From assembly GCA_963832835.1 (NCBI GenBank), contig CAWHVD010000001.1, positions 1,899,429 to 1,963,428 of the forward strand: a stretch of 64,000 nucleotides of DNA, given 5' to 3'. Within the stretch, counting starts at the first letter, position 1. Each line of letters begins with the position of its first letter. Both the position numbers and the translations under genes were made by a program. The notes below the pieces were generated by a model. The model searched no databases. It was not told the DNA's origin and worked only from the letters and a program-made list of their open reading frames with translations. Of this stretch, positions 35,182-43,801 are shown one piece after another. Origin of the DNA: an uncultured Chlamydiales bacterium. Its GTDB lineage: Bacteria; Chlamydiota; Chlamydiia; Chlamydiales; JAAKFR01.

Positions 35182-37281
35182 AACCCAAGTTCAGTGAGTT
35201 GCTCTCGAGAAAGGGAGCCGAAGTTTGTCGGATTTAACACTACAACTTGAAAATTCAAAGAATAACTTTTTTACTTTTTAAAATTTGTGTTGGTATCCCG
35301 AGAGACCTATAGACTCCTTTTTGATTTTCCTCTGCATTCGTTGTACTTCTATGATAGAGGATCTTGCCTTCTTTGGTTTTTGCTTGCATCGTCACACGTA
35401 CCCGTTTAGACAACCAATTACGGACTGTCTCCCAATTATGTGAAAGACCCTGTTTTCGGAGTTGATATAGGCAACTTTGAATCAAATGGTAAGCCAACAG
35501 GGTAATCCAAAGATGTCCATCTACTCGATGTTCTTTTTGATGATAAACCGGACGCATCCCTAAAGAGGATTTCATAAACCGAAAGGCATCCTCTACGGTG
35601 CGAAGGGTGTTGTAGAGATTCCATAATTCTTTGGGCGAGAGTTTGATCAGATTTGTTCGTAGAAAATAATAGCCATTTAGCCTCTCACTTAGCTTAGCCG
35701 ATTGCAGTTTCCAGGTAATGTGAAGAGCTGTAAGGCCATCGCTGGAAGGCTCCACGTGTATTTCGTAACATCCCGACACGTGACGATGTTTCTCCCTTAG
35801 CCTCCCTATCCTCTCTAATACTTTGATATATTTTTTTCTCCCCTTGGGCTTACCTAAGCCTTCATTGGCTTTTTTTAATTCCTCTTCAAACCGTTTCTGA
35901 AAGAGCTCTCTCATCTGGGTAGCAACTGCCAATTTGGCTTCAGACTCACAGTAAAGCCATTTCTCTTCTATTCCATCTTCTTGAATAAAGGCAGCTTTAA
36001 CGTTTTTCCCAAGATCCCCCACTTCATCCATGGATCCTTCTATTTCAAGAGAGGGGGCCTTTTGCCTAGCCGATACGATGTAGGTATAATGGTGGTCTCG
36101 CAACCATTTGAGATTCTCCTCTGTTGCAATACCGGCATCCAGGATAACTGTTGGTTTGAAAAGATCCTCAGGGTCGTGAAGCAGCTTTACGATCTGCTCT
36201 AGAGTGCTAGGTTCTGATATGTTTCCAGGAAAAAATGAGGAGCGTCTTGCAAAGCCATATTCATTGATCACGAGCCCTAGAGTGATCAGAGGAGAGTCGG
36301 TCCGTTTTTCTTTTGACCTACCATGCTTGGCTTTGGGGTTGCCTTTTGCCTGCCCTTCCATATAGGTATTGGTTAAATCGTACAGAATCATTGTACTTTG
36401 ATAGCCATGAACTTGCTGCTGAAATACCTCCAGGTGTCTTTCCAATTCTTCTTTGTGATCCAATAATCGGTCGCTGATTTGGTAGAGGTGATCAGAGGAT
36501 GTTTTTTGGAAATTGAAATCTATGAGCTCGCCAAGGCCACTGCTTTCCTCAAGCCACGCATGTGTCGCCCGTTCACTGGCTGGGAAGGTGGCCCTCCCAA
36601 TGATTGTACCGAGCGCTAAGGACGCTTCTCTTTCTGAAAAACCCATCTCCCGTAATTTTTTTGGTATTTGAAGTTGAGTTGCACAGTGCAATAGAACATG
36701 CTCCACCCCTACTGTTCGAGGTTCGCTCTGTTCTATTGTATGGACATCTATTGTTTGGTATTCCTCCTCCTCTTCGCCTTTCATTTCCTGTTTTGGTTGG
36801 TCAGACAGATGACGAAGGAGCTCAGAGGCATACTTTCTGGCCAGCCGTTCTATTCTTGCAGGATAGGACAGAAAAGAGTTAATCCCTGTGAGGATTTCTT
36901 CTATCCGGTTGGCTAGAAGCTTGCTCTCCTGTTTATCCAGTTCGAGATCGGCGCCGAGGTTGAGGAGAATGCGTTGTCTTGGTCCTCGTTCTGTTCGGAC
37001 CGATTCGATAAGCTGAAAATTGTAATATATTTTTTTTGTGTCAGGATGGGTGATGCGTGTTTTTCTGATAAACATGATGCGCAGTATACATCCCGCAGGA
37101 TTTTTCTGATATATAAATAATTATTTTATGAAAGATTTAGACACTACAAGACAATTGAAAATGCAATATATTGGTACTGAATTAGATAGAAAAAACAGGT
37201 TTATCAGAGATTTTTTAAATATGATTGATAATCAGCGTGTTACGCAGTTTTAAAGAAATTCATATAAAATGAACTTGGGTT
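35182..37281 (-). mobile_element. IS1634-family (IS4-like) insertion sequence, ~2.1 kb
   Basis: Terminal inverted repeats aacccaagttca (35182-35193) and tgaacttgggtt (37270-37281). A single 606-aa transposase ORF. AT-rich 5' leader. Flanked by long direct repeats. Confidence 0.75.
35255..37075 (-). CDS. IS1634-family DDE transposase
   Basis: 606 aa. The N-terminus MFIRKTRITHPDTKKIYYNFQLIESVRTERGPRQRILLNLG and the overall length match IS1634-type transposases as I recall them. Confidence 0.7.
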   Translation of the reverse strand: MFIRKTRITHPDTKKIYYNFQLIESVRTERGPRQRILLNLGADLELDKQESKLLANRIEEILTGINSFLSYPARIERLARKYASELLRHLSDQPKQEMKGEEEEEYQTIDVHTIEQSEPRTVGVEHVLLHCATQLQIPKKLREMGFSEREASLALGTIIGRATFPASERATHAWLEESSGLGELIDFNFQKTSSDHLYQISDRLLDHKEELERHLEVFQQQVHGYQSTMILYDLTNTYMEGQAKGNPKAKHGRSKEKRTDSPLITLGLVINEYGFARRSSFFPGNISEPSTLEQIVKLLHDPEDLFKPTVILDAGIATEENLKWLRDHHYTYIVSARQKAPSLEIEGSMDEVGDLGKNVKAAFIQEDGIEEKWLYCESEAKLAVATQMRELFQKRFEEELKKANEGLGKPKGRKKYIKVLERIGRLREKHRHVSGCYEIHVEPSSDGLTALHITWKLQSAKLSERLNGYYFLRTNLIKLSPKELWNLYNTLRTVEDAFRFMKSSLGMRPVYHQKEHRVDGHLWITLLAYHLIQSCLYQLRKQGLSHNWETVRNWLSKRVRVTMQAKTKEGKILYHRSTTNAEENQKGVYRSLGIPTQILKSKKVIL

Positions 37282-37351
37282 AGGCAATCTTAAACTTGAG
37301 AAAGGAAGGTCCCTCCCAAAAGGAAGGGTAATATGGCGGGAGGTGGATGTT
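37281..37351 (+). repeat. Right copy of the ~70-bp direct repeat flanking the IS1634-family element
   Basis: taggcaatcttaaacttgagaaaggaaggtccctcccaaaaggaagggtaatatggcgggaggtggatgtt; see 35111-35181. Confidence 0.8.
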
Positions 37352-37509
37352 AATCAATTTTCAGAGGTAGCATAGAGAATTCCTGAAACGCCACCGACTA
37401 ATACCCCTATGTTCTATAGAAAGTTGTAATACATCCTGTTCGCTCATCATCATTTCTTCCTCTCATTAAGTTTTCTCTGCATTTTATACTGGTCAGTTGC
37501 AAGAATTTT

Positions 37510-37839
37510 TTATTGTGGATCGACAAACGGCTCTTTGCGTGCATAGATTGTATATTTCTCTTTTGGGAGAGGATTAGGATAGTCGCACCGAATGACTTCA
37601 AAATCCGCTTCCGGATCGATGGGAAAATCAGCATGCACTTCTGTAGCAATGCATGAATAATGTTCTTCAATGACTGCACTAACCTCACCATGGTGATAAA
37701 ACATAATCCAAGCAATCTCGTCACCAGGTTCCCATTTTAAAATCACCTTACGTAGTGACGGTATGACTTCACCAAAAAGAGCCCTGGTAATGGAGAGTTC
37801 CAAACCTCTTACAATCACTATATCTTCTTGATTCAACAT
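37510..37839 (-). CDS. Candidate immunity protein (109 aa) for the upstream toxin-like domain
   Basis: Small acidic ORF whose ATG overlaps the stop of the toxin-like ORF by 1 nt (TAATG). Its size and position match a polymorphic-toxin immunity gene. No family recognised. Confidence 0.45.
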   Translation of the reverse strand: MLNQEDIVIVRGLELSITRALFGEVIPSLRKVILKWEPGDEIAWIMFYHHGEVSAVIEEHYSCIATEVHADFPIDPEADFEVIRCDYPNPLPKEKYTIYARKEPFVDPQ

Positions 37840-38198
37840 TATTTTTTTCTCCTGTCAAGCATTCTTTTCAATTTATTGGGATCAACCGGCACAACATGGT
37901 AACCTCCACTCATGTCATAATGGATATCTCCAATAGAAGTGAGCACGCGGGTTTTTGTATCTCGATCAACATGAATCCCAATGATTTCATCAAAAGCAAC
38001 CGTCTCTTTATATCCCGCTTCCCCGAAGGAAAACCGGGTAGGTACACCTTCGCCTAACTTGGGTTTCACTAATTCCTCTAGACGTTGTACTGAAATCGTT
38101 AATTCGCCTTTACCCGCACCTGCATCAAAGTTATTGGCTCCGGGGATATGCTTTTCTTGTTGCCCTAGATGCAGCTTGCGACGAAATGGACTGCCGAA
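37839..38198 (-). pseudogene. Polymorphic-toxin-like C-terminal domain (resembles 'toxin type 50'/Ntox50), out of frame with the upstream 530-aa ORF and lacking its own ATG
   Basis: The frame is open from 38198: FGSPFRRKLHLGQQEKHIPGANNFDAGAGKGELTISVQRLEELVKPKLGEGVPTRFSFGEAGYKETVAFDEIIGIHVDRDTKTRVLTSIGDIHYDMSGGYHVVPVDP. The ORF-track start (GTG at 38069) would remove the conserved QxKHIPG..NF head. Confidence 0.5.
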
Positions 38199-39757
38199 TC
38201 ACAACCCCCTTTGATACAACCTAAACCGACTCCAATTGAAAACACAAAATGCTGATAGTTTGGGTCATCTAAGAAAGTAGGGCGCATGTCGCTTGTGAGG
38301 TAATCAGACAGGGCACATTGTAAATTACCGGTCTCAAAATAGGCGACAGCCCGTTCAAAAAAGGCTTCTTTGTGTTGAGGGTCTTTTTGGATGGCTTTTG
38401 TAAGGGAAGTAATAGCTTCGTCATAGCAGAGCAGCTCATTTAAAAGCCTCCCTTCCTGAAGATAGAGGTCTGAAGTAAGAAATGATTGAAGATTGTTAGC
38501 TTCGGCATAAGCAATCCATTGTCTGATGTCATCGAACGACTCTAAAAAAGCTCCTGTGTGAAAGTGCAGCATTCCACGCTCATAGTAGATCTTGGGATGG
38601 GGATGTTTTTTAAGACATTTTGTATATTGCATTTGAAAGTAACGGATCATCTCATCTGTGGCTGCAAGAAGGTTTTGATGCACGATTTGATGCTCGGCAG
38701 ATGGCAAATTTGTAGAACTGAATTGATCGATAGCATGGAAAATTTGATAATATTGGGAATAAAAATAGGCATGAATAATCAGGCCTCGAGCAAATTCTGC
38801 GTTGATACTATAATTTAAATAAGGGCTGAATTTCTTGGCCTTCATTTCCTGTTTCAAGCTCGTGAAATCTGCAAGCCATTCCAAAACCAGGCTGGCCGTA
38901 AAGCTGATGTTGCTTGCCCAATTTAAGCAATGAGGCCAATAACAAGTGCAAGTTCGATTGGTATCGAGATAGCTTAAGAATTGTTCAAAAAAAGGAAAGT
39001 AAGTTTGGTAACTCCAATTGAAATATCCAGGAAAAATAGAGTGTTGCGTACAGAAATGCCACTGAGGGATTTTTTTTTTAAATGCCTTACAATATTTTCC
39101 AAAAGTATTGTGATGTTCAAGCTCTCCTACGTAGACTCTGTGCCATTCTCCTGCCTTTAGGCAAGAACATCGATATAGCATCAAACCATCACCTCCGGAC
39201 CATCCGCGGTATTGGCCATACCCAAGTGTTTCAGGGTGGTAGTAGTCTCTGATAATGGTATCACCACAAATTGTGCAATGTCCATGGTCGCACGTATCAT
39301 ATGCACTGGTATTTTTAGGAAAAAGGCGCCATTTTTCTCCGATACGCTCGATCAATGTGGTGTCGATCCAAGCCAGCGAATTTCCATCTCGCAGAAACTC
39401 TAACTCGAGATTGCCTTCGTCATCTGATTTCCAGCAGGAACACCCTTTTGGATCGTTGATCAGATGGTTGAGACAGAAATATGGCCACATTGTGTCATAA
39501 ATTTCAGGAATGAACTGACCATCATTAGGCCCTTCGGGTTCATAATTCTCAATTTTTTCCAGCCGTTGACATAATTGCGCATATTTTTTTGCGTACTTTT
39601 CTCCACTATTGAGTAAAAAATCGAGATTTTCAGATGATTTAAGTGGAGCTGGACAGCAAACCAATAGCAGGGGACAAATCCAGTTAAAAATATGATACAT
39701 GGCAAGTTGAAATGATTGTGAACAGGCCATTAAGATCTGCGAATTATTTTTTGTCAA
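38165..39757 (-). CDS. Cys/His/Trp-rich protein with C-terminal TPR-like repeats (530 aa); possible carrier of the downstream toxin domain
   Basis: N-terminus resembles a signal peptide (MYHIFNWICPLLLVCCPAPLKS; the ATG at 39730 or 39700 is more likely than the TTG at 39757). Many Cys/His/Trp residues. TPR-like segment YYERGMLHFHTGAF...EAITSLTKAIQKDPQHKEAFFERAVAYFETGN. The 3' end overlaps the toxin-domain frame by 34 nt. Confidence 0.6.
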   Translation of the reverse strand: MTKNNSQILMACSQSFQLAMYHIFNWICPLLLVCCPAPLKSSENLDFLLNSGEKYAKKYAQLCQRLEKIENYEPEGPNDGQFIPEIYDTMWPYFCLNHLINDPKGCSCWKSDDEGNLELEFLRDGNSLAWIDTTLIERIGEKWRLFPKNTSAYDTCDHGHCTICGDTIIRDYYHPETLGYGQYRGWSGGDGLMLYRCSCLKAGEWHRVYVGELEHHNTFGKYCKAFKKKIPQWHFCTQHSIFPGYFNWSYQTYFPFFEQFLSYLDTNRTCTCYWPHCLNWASNISFTASLVLEWLADFTSLKQEMKAKKFSPYLNYSINAEFARGLIIHAYFYSQYYQIFHAIDQFSSTNLPSAEHQIVHQNLLAATDEMIRYFQMQYTKCLKKHPHPKIYYERGMLHFHTGAFLESFDDIRQWIAYAEANNLQSFLTSDLYLQEGRLLNELLCYDEAITSLTKAIQKDPQHKEAFFERAVAYFETGNLQCALSDYLTSDMRPTFLDDPNYQHFVFSIGVGLGCIKGGCDSAVHFVASCI

Positions 39758-39894
39758 GCATGCAGCCTGGTGGCGGGTGCAATTTCACTCGATAGACTTT
39801 TGGCTGCTGAGAAGCGATATTCACAGACGTGATAAAAATCGAGAAGATAGGACCCTTGCTGTTTCTTACCTCATGGAATGCAGGGAGAGGATTG

Positions 39895-40383
39895 TTAGTT
39901 TTCGGAAGATATCTCTATAAGATCTGTCCAAAGGTAGTGGGTCCAGTCATCGAGGATTTCACCAGCGCGGATCAGTTCGGCTTTGAAGGCTAATATGCCT
40001 TCGCGGCACCAGTAATCTTGATTGATGAGCCGGTGGATTTTCCACCCTTTCCGCTTTTCTATGGGCATATTGAGGGTTTCTATTTCGCGGTTGCCATAAC
40101 GTACTTGTAGGCGCAGAAAGATAGGTTCGGAGCCCATCATGCAACTGCGCGGGAGATTCCAGCGCACAATGACTTGCTGGCCATAATAACACTCTCTGTT
40201 GGGATCTGGTGTGTTTACTCTCTCGGAGGCAAGATGCTGGGGATACAAGTATTCAGAGCGACACGTCACATACCGGCCCTGACACCCTCCTAAGAAATTG
40301 CCCAGAAAGATGAGAAAAAGACAATAGGTGGATTTTTTTACCGCTGAGGACGCAGAGAGATAAACAAAAATGGGGTGTTTCAA
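39895..40383 (-). CDS. Hypothetical lipoprotein (162 aa)
   Basis: Signal peptide with lipobox FLGG/C. No other motif recognised. Confidence 0.55.
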   Translation of the reverse strand: MKHPIFVYLSASSAVKKSTYCLFLIFLGNFLGGCQGRYVTCRSEYLYPQHLASERVNTPDPNRECYYGQQVIVRWNLPRSCMMGSEPIFLRLQVRYGNREIETLNMPIEKRKGWKIHRLINQDYWCREGILAFKAELIRAGEILDDWTHYLWTDLIEISSEN

Positions 40384-40513
40384 TTTAATTGAGTCCTAAT
40401 AGACTTGTCGCAGCCATACAGGCTGCAAGATATCAACTGTCCAGACCCAGGGCGTTGCCCTGGGCTATTGCAATCTCAGCCTTTCAGGCTGAATAAAAGC
40501 TTGTGCATACATA

Positions 40514-40677
40514 ATACCATTTCCAGAAAATAAAGTCACAAATTGACACTGTATAACACACCATTTTTGAACGATCCTTTCTCGCTTAGGTGCAAAAACA
40601 TAGGCTTCGAAACGATCATCCAAATCTGTCATGTTACCCAGTGCCACTTCATGGCTTTATTTTCTGGAAATGGTATA
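40514..40677. mobile_element. MITE copy 3 (164 bp, best-preserved reference copy)
   Basis: ataccatttccagaaaataaagtcacaaattgacactgtataacac...catgttacccagtgccacttcatggctttattttctggaaatggtata, with TA flanks. Confidence 0.88.
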
Positions 40678-40811
40678 ACTTCCATTCTGCAAAACCTTTC
40701 TTCAGCCCGGAGGGGGCCTACACCACCAATAAACAAAGACTTTTCAGGGCAGGCATCCTATGTATCATGATATCTCTTTGCACCTCTGCGTCTTTGCGTT
40801 TAAATCACTCA

Positions 40812-41234
40812 TCAAAAGAGAAGCAAAGCGAAAACGAAAGCAAACAGAGAGAAAGACTCCACAATCCCAATCGCTGCAAAGCATTTTCCGTAAATGGCCG
40901 GCTGTTTAGCAGAGGCCTGGATCCCGGTAGCGCAGCACTTGCCTTGCATGTAGGATGAGACGAGCAGGGCAAGGCCAACAGAAGCTCCTATACCGATCCC
41001 ACCGACTGCTGAAAGAGTCCCCTCTTTAATCGCACCATGCATCAAGAGCATTAAGATGAAACCATAAATCGCCTGGGAAGAGGGCATCGCCGACATCCCA
41101 ATCATTTTTCCATGCCCCTCATCAATGCGCGCCATCACAGCGTGAGAGGCCATTCCGGCCACCGCACATCCAATGGAACTACCCACCATGGCGAGTCCTA
41201 AAACAATGGCTGGGCCTATAACATCAATATCCAT
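40812..41234 (-). CDS. atpK: V-type ATPase proteolipid subunit K
   Basis: 140-aa Gly/Ala-rich hydrophobic protein. It is the last gene of the V-ATPase operon and has a membrane-embedded Glu (GIVESFSLFAF). Confidence 0.8.
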   Translation of the reverse strand: MDIDVIGPAIVLGLAMVGSSIGCAVAGMASHAVMARIDEGHGKMIGMSAMPSSQAIYGFILMLLMHGAIKEGTLSAVGGIGIGASVGLALLVSSYMQGKCCATGIQASAKQPAIYGKCFAAIGIVESFSLFAFVFALLLF

Positions 41235-41259
41235 TTCAATTCCTAACCTGTTTTTGGGT

Positions 41260-43182
41260 TTATTCCCTAAATTTCAACAAAGCGAGCGGGTTAAAGTGTT
41301 TACCCCCTCCCTCAAAGCTATAGTGATACCACTCAATAAAATTAAGACGCAAGCCGTGAATCACTCCTCCCATCAATGCGAGGGTAAAATTGAGAGTGTG
41401 GCCTACGAATATGATCAAGATGCCGAGCACCCATGGCAATTTGGAGGCTATGTTATTGAAGGTAGAAGCCATGATCATACCAGCAAGAGAGAGGGCATAG
41501 ATACGTAAATAGGACATCACATCGGCAAAGACTTGGACGACATGCATGGCTTCTGCCAGCCCTTTGAGGCGGTGCTGGATGAGGGCTAAAACCACAGCTA
41601 TACTCAAACCGCCAAAAACAAGATATTTTCCAATGATGGTCCCTTCCGCGTAGGGGACTAAAAAAACATAATGAATGAGTGAAACGGCTCCCAAAATAGA
41701 GGGGAAGTACAGGTAAGCACCCACAATGAAGATGGCCCACCCGATTCCGGACCAGTTTTTATTGGCATATCTGAGGAAACCTAGAAAAATATGGACAGCC
41801 CCTACAAAAATGGCAAGCTCCAGCAAGACGTTGCTTTGGAAGTTGCTGTAGATGACATATTTGTTCATCCCTTCTTGGTTGCGTGTTACCCCTTTGAGAA
41901 ACTGATCAGCAGTGGTTGCTTGTTTGAGCACAGGATATTCTTTAAGCAAATCGCTATAAGCGGGAGGCTTATCATGTAAAAAGTATTCGGCTTTGCGCTC
42001 CACCATCCAGTTAATGATAGAAATGCTGCGGATTTTATTTTCAGGGGCAAACTCGATGCCAAAAAAGGAGACAAGCAGAACACCCCAGATGATGCATCCA
42101 ATGGAAAGATAGGTAGACAAGAGAGTAAGGCGTCGGACAAAGCCCCCTTTTTTCTTACCATATTTGAAATAAAGCCATAAAGAAATCCCTAGTAGAATAA
42201 TACCATACCCGGCGTCAGCGATGATCATGGAGAAAAATAGAGCAAAGGCAAAAAAGACCCAAAGCGAGGGATCCCGGTCGGTTGTAGCAGGGGTATCGTA
42301 GATACCGATCAAATCTTCTCCCAATCTGCCTACTCCGGTATTTTCCAAATGGGTGGGGACTCGATCTTTGGGCTCAACTGCAATCTTGCTGACATAAAGG
42401 CCCAGCTCTTCTGCGAGGCGCTCAAGATCTTTAATTTTATTTTTAGGAATCCATCCTTCGACTGCGAATACATCACCTTCTAGCAATGGTTCGATGCTCT
42501 CCTTAGAATTCTCGAGATGATACTTATTTAGAGTGTTATATAAACCTTGCTTCAGCAGTTTTTTTTTGTGTGCCAATGAGGCTAATTCGGTTTCATACAT
42601 ATCAATCTGCAAATGGATCTGGGCAAGCTCCTGATTCAATTCTCCTAATGAACGGTGGATGACAATCTCAGTTAAACCATGATATGTAGTGGGCTCACAG
42701 TTGATCGCTAAAAAATAGTCGAGTCCATGTGCTTGGCGTATAAAAATCACTTCAGGGCGTTTTGTAGACTCTGTTTCTGTATTCATTTTACAGAAAAAAA
42801 ATTGGAATACCCGTTTGGAGTCCTGTTCTAGCTCTCGTAGCTGATCTAAAGAGAAATCGCCAAAGACCTCGATCCTTTCAATCTCTTTAGTGAGGATGCG
42901 CCTTTGCTCACGCAGCCGCTCCAGTTCGGCTTCCCGCTCTACGACATGGCGGGCCAATACGTGTGCAGAGCGGTAATCATCAGTAGGCTCTTGCTTGACA
43001 GGGACCATTTGACGCAATACGTGCAGTGCATCTATAAAATTCTGGACCTCAGGAGAAGTTTCTAAGGGAAGCGGCGTTTTGCGGATGAACTCGACAATAC
43101 CCATTTCCTGAATGCGCTTAAAGAAGGCATCACGCAGGAGCATGGGGCCTATGACAAGGTATTTAGTGACATCAATCCGCAT
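41260..43182 (-). CDS. atpI: V-type ATPase subunit I
   Basis: 640 aa. Soluble coiled-coil N-terminal half and polytopic C-terminal half, with the conserved-type motif LSYLRIYALSLAG. Operon position lies between D and K. Confidence 0.85.
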   Translation of the reverse strand: MRIDVTKYLVIGPMLLRDAFFKRIQEMGIVEFIRKTPLPLETSPEVQNFIDALHVLRQMVPVKQEPTDDYRSAHVLARHVVEREAELERLREQRRILTKEIERIEVFGDFSLDQLRELEQDSKRVFQFFFCKMNTETESTKRPEVIFIRQAHGLDYFLAINCEPTTYHGLTEIVIHRSLGELNQELAQIHLQIDMYETELASLAHKKKLLKQGLYNTLNKYHLENSKESIEPLLEGDVFAVEGWIPKNKIKDLERLAEELGLYVSKIAVEPKDRVPTHLENTGVGRLGEDLIGIYDTPATTDRDPSLWVFFAFALFFSMIIADAGYGIILLGISLWLYFKYGKKKGGFVRRLTLLSTYLSIGCIIWGVLLVSFFGIEFAPENKIRSISIINWMVERKAEYFLHDKPPAYSDLLKEYPVLKQATTADQFLKGVTRNQEGMNKYVIYSNFQSNVLLELAIFVGAVHIFLGFLRYANKNWSGIGWAIFIVGAYLYFPSILGAVSLIHYVFLVPYAEGTIIGKYLVFGGLSIAVVLALIQHRLKGLAEAMHVVQVFADVMSYLRIYALSLAGMIMASTFNNIASKLPWVLGILIIFVGHTLNFTLALMGGVIHGLRLNFIEWYHYSFEGGGKHFNPLALLKFRE

Positions 43183-43801
43183 GTTTTACCTTTGCTGCCT
43201 TTCGCCCTTCAATTTTTGATTTTGCGACCTTCGCCTGGCCTACAGCGGCTAGTTGCTGATCCCCTAAAAAGACTTTAATCCGTTTGATATTCTCCTCAGC
43301 TCTAGGGATGAGATTTTTTTCAAAAAGATTTACTCGTATCGAAACTTCTCTAAGCTCTTCTTCCAGTGCCCTTTTCTTTTCTTCAGCAACGAGCACACGG
43401 GCACGCGCAGTGGCCATGAAGCGTAAATCGGTTACTGCGGAATCCAACCACACAGGGGTAGTAAATAGGGGGTATTCAAATGGCGCGAAGACAATACCCT
43501 CAAAAACTGGAATATCAACCCCAGCGATATTCTCGTATGTTTTAGCGATTTGCTCCACTTTGGCAGCATGAGTCAAGTCCAAACCGACTCGTTCACTGAG
43601 AAGACTGCTGCTCTGAGACACCGTTAAACGGGCACTATGAAAAGCCTCTTCGAGCTCAAGGATTTCACCTCTCACCTCGTTTACCTGAACTTGTAACATC
43701 GCCTTTTTGAGCTGAAGCGTGGGCAAATACTTCCTAAGCTGGCTTAAGCGTACTTGCTGTCCTCTCAGTTCATTTTTGGTGAGTCTTACAGTACTTACCA
43801 T
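43172..43801 (-). CDS. atpD: V-type ATPase subunit D
   Basis: Starts [36 protein letters not shown]. The ATG overlaps the atpB stop (TAATG). An alternative ATG lies 12 nt upstream at 43813. Confidence 0.85.
   Translation of the reverse strand: MVSTVRLTKNELRGQQVRLSQLRKYLPTLQLKKAMLQVQVNEVRGEILELEEAFHSARLTVSQSSSLLSERVGLDLTHAAKVEQIAKTYENIAGVDIPVFEGIVFAPFEYPLFTTPVWLDSAVTDLRFMATARARVLVAEEKKRALEEELREVSIRVNLFEKNLIPRAEENIKRIKVFLGDQQLAAVGQAKVAKSKIEGRKAAKVKHAD

Noticed and set aside
37407-37724. 105-aa minus-strand ORF overlapping the candidate immunity gene.
   Set aside because: It overlaps 37510..37839 in another frame and lacks the stop/start coupling to the toxin-like ORF. Its composition is not protein-like (Lys/Arg/Ile-rich, derived from AT-rich DNA).
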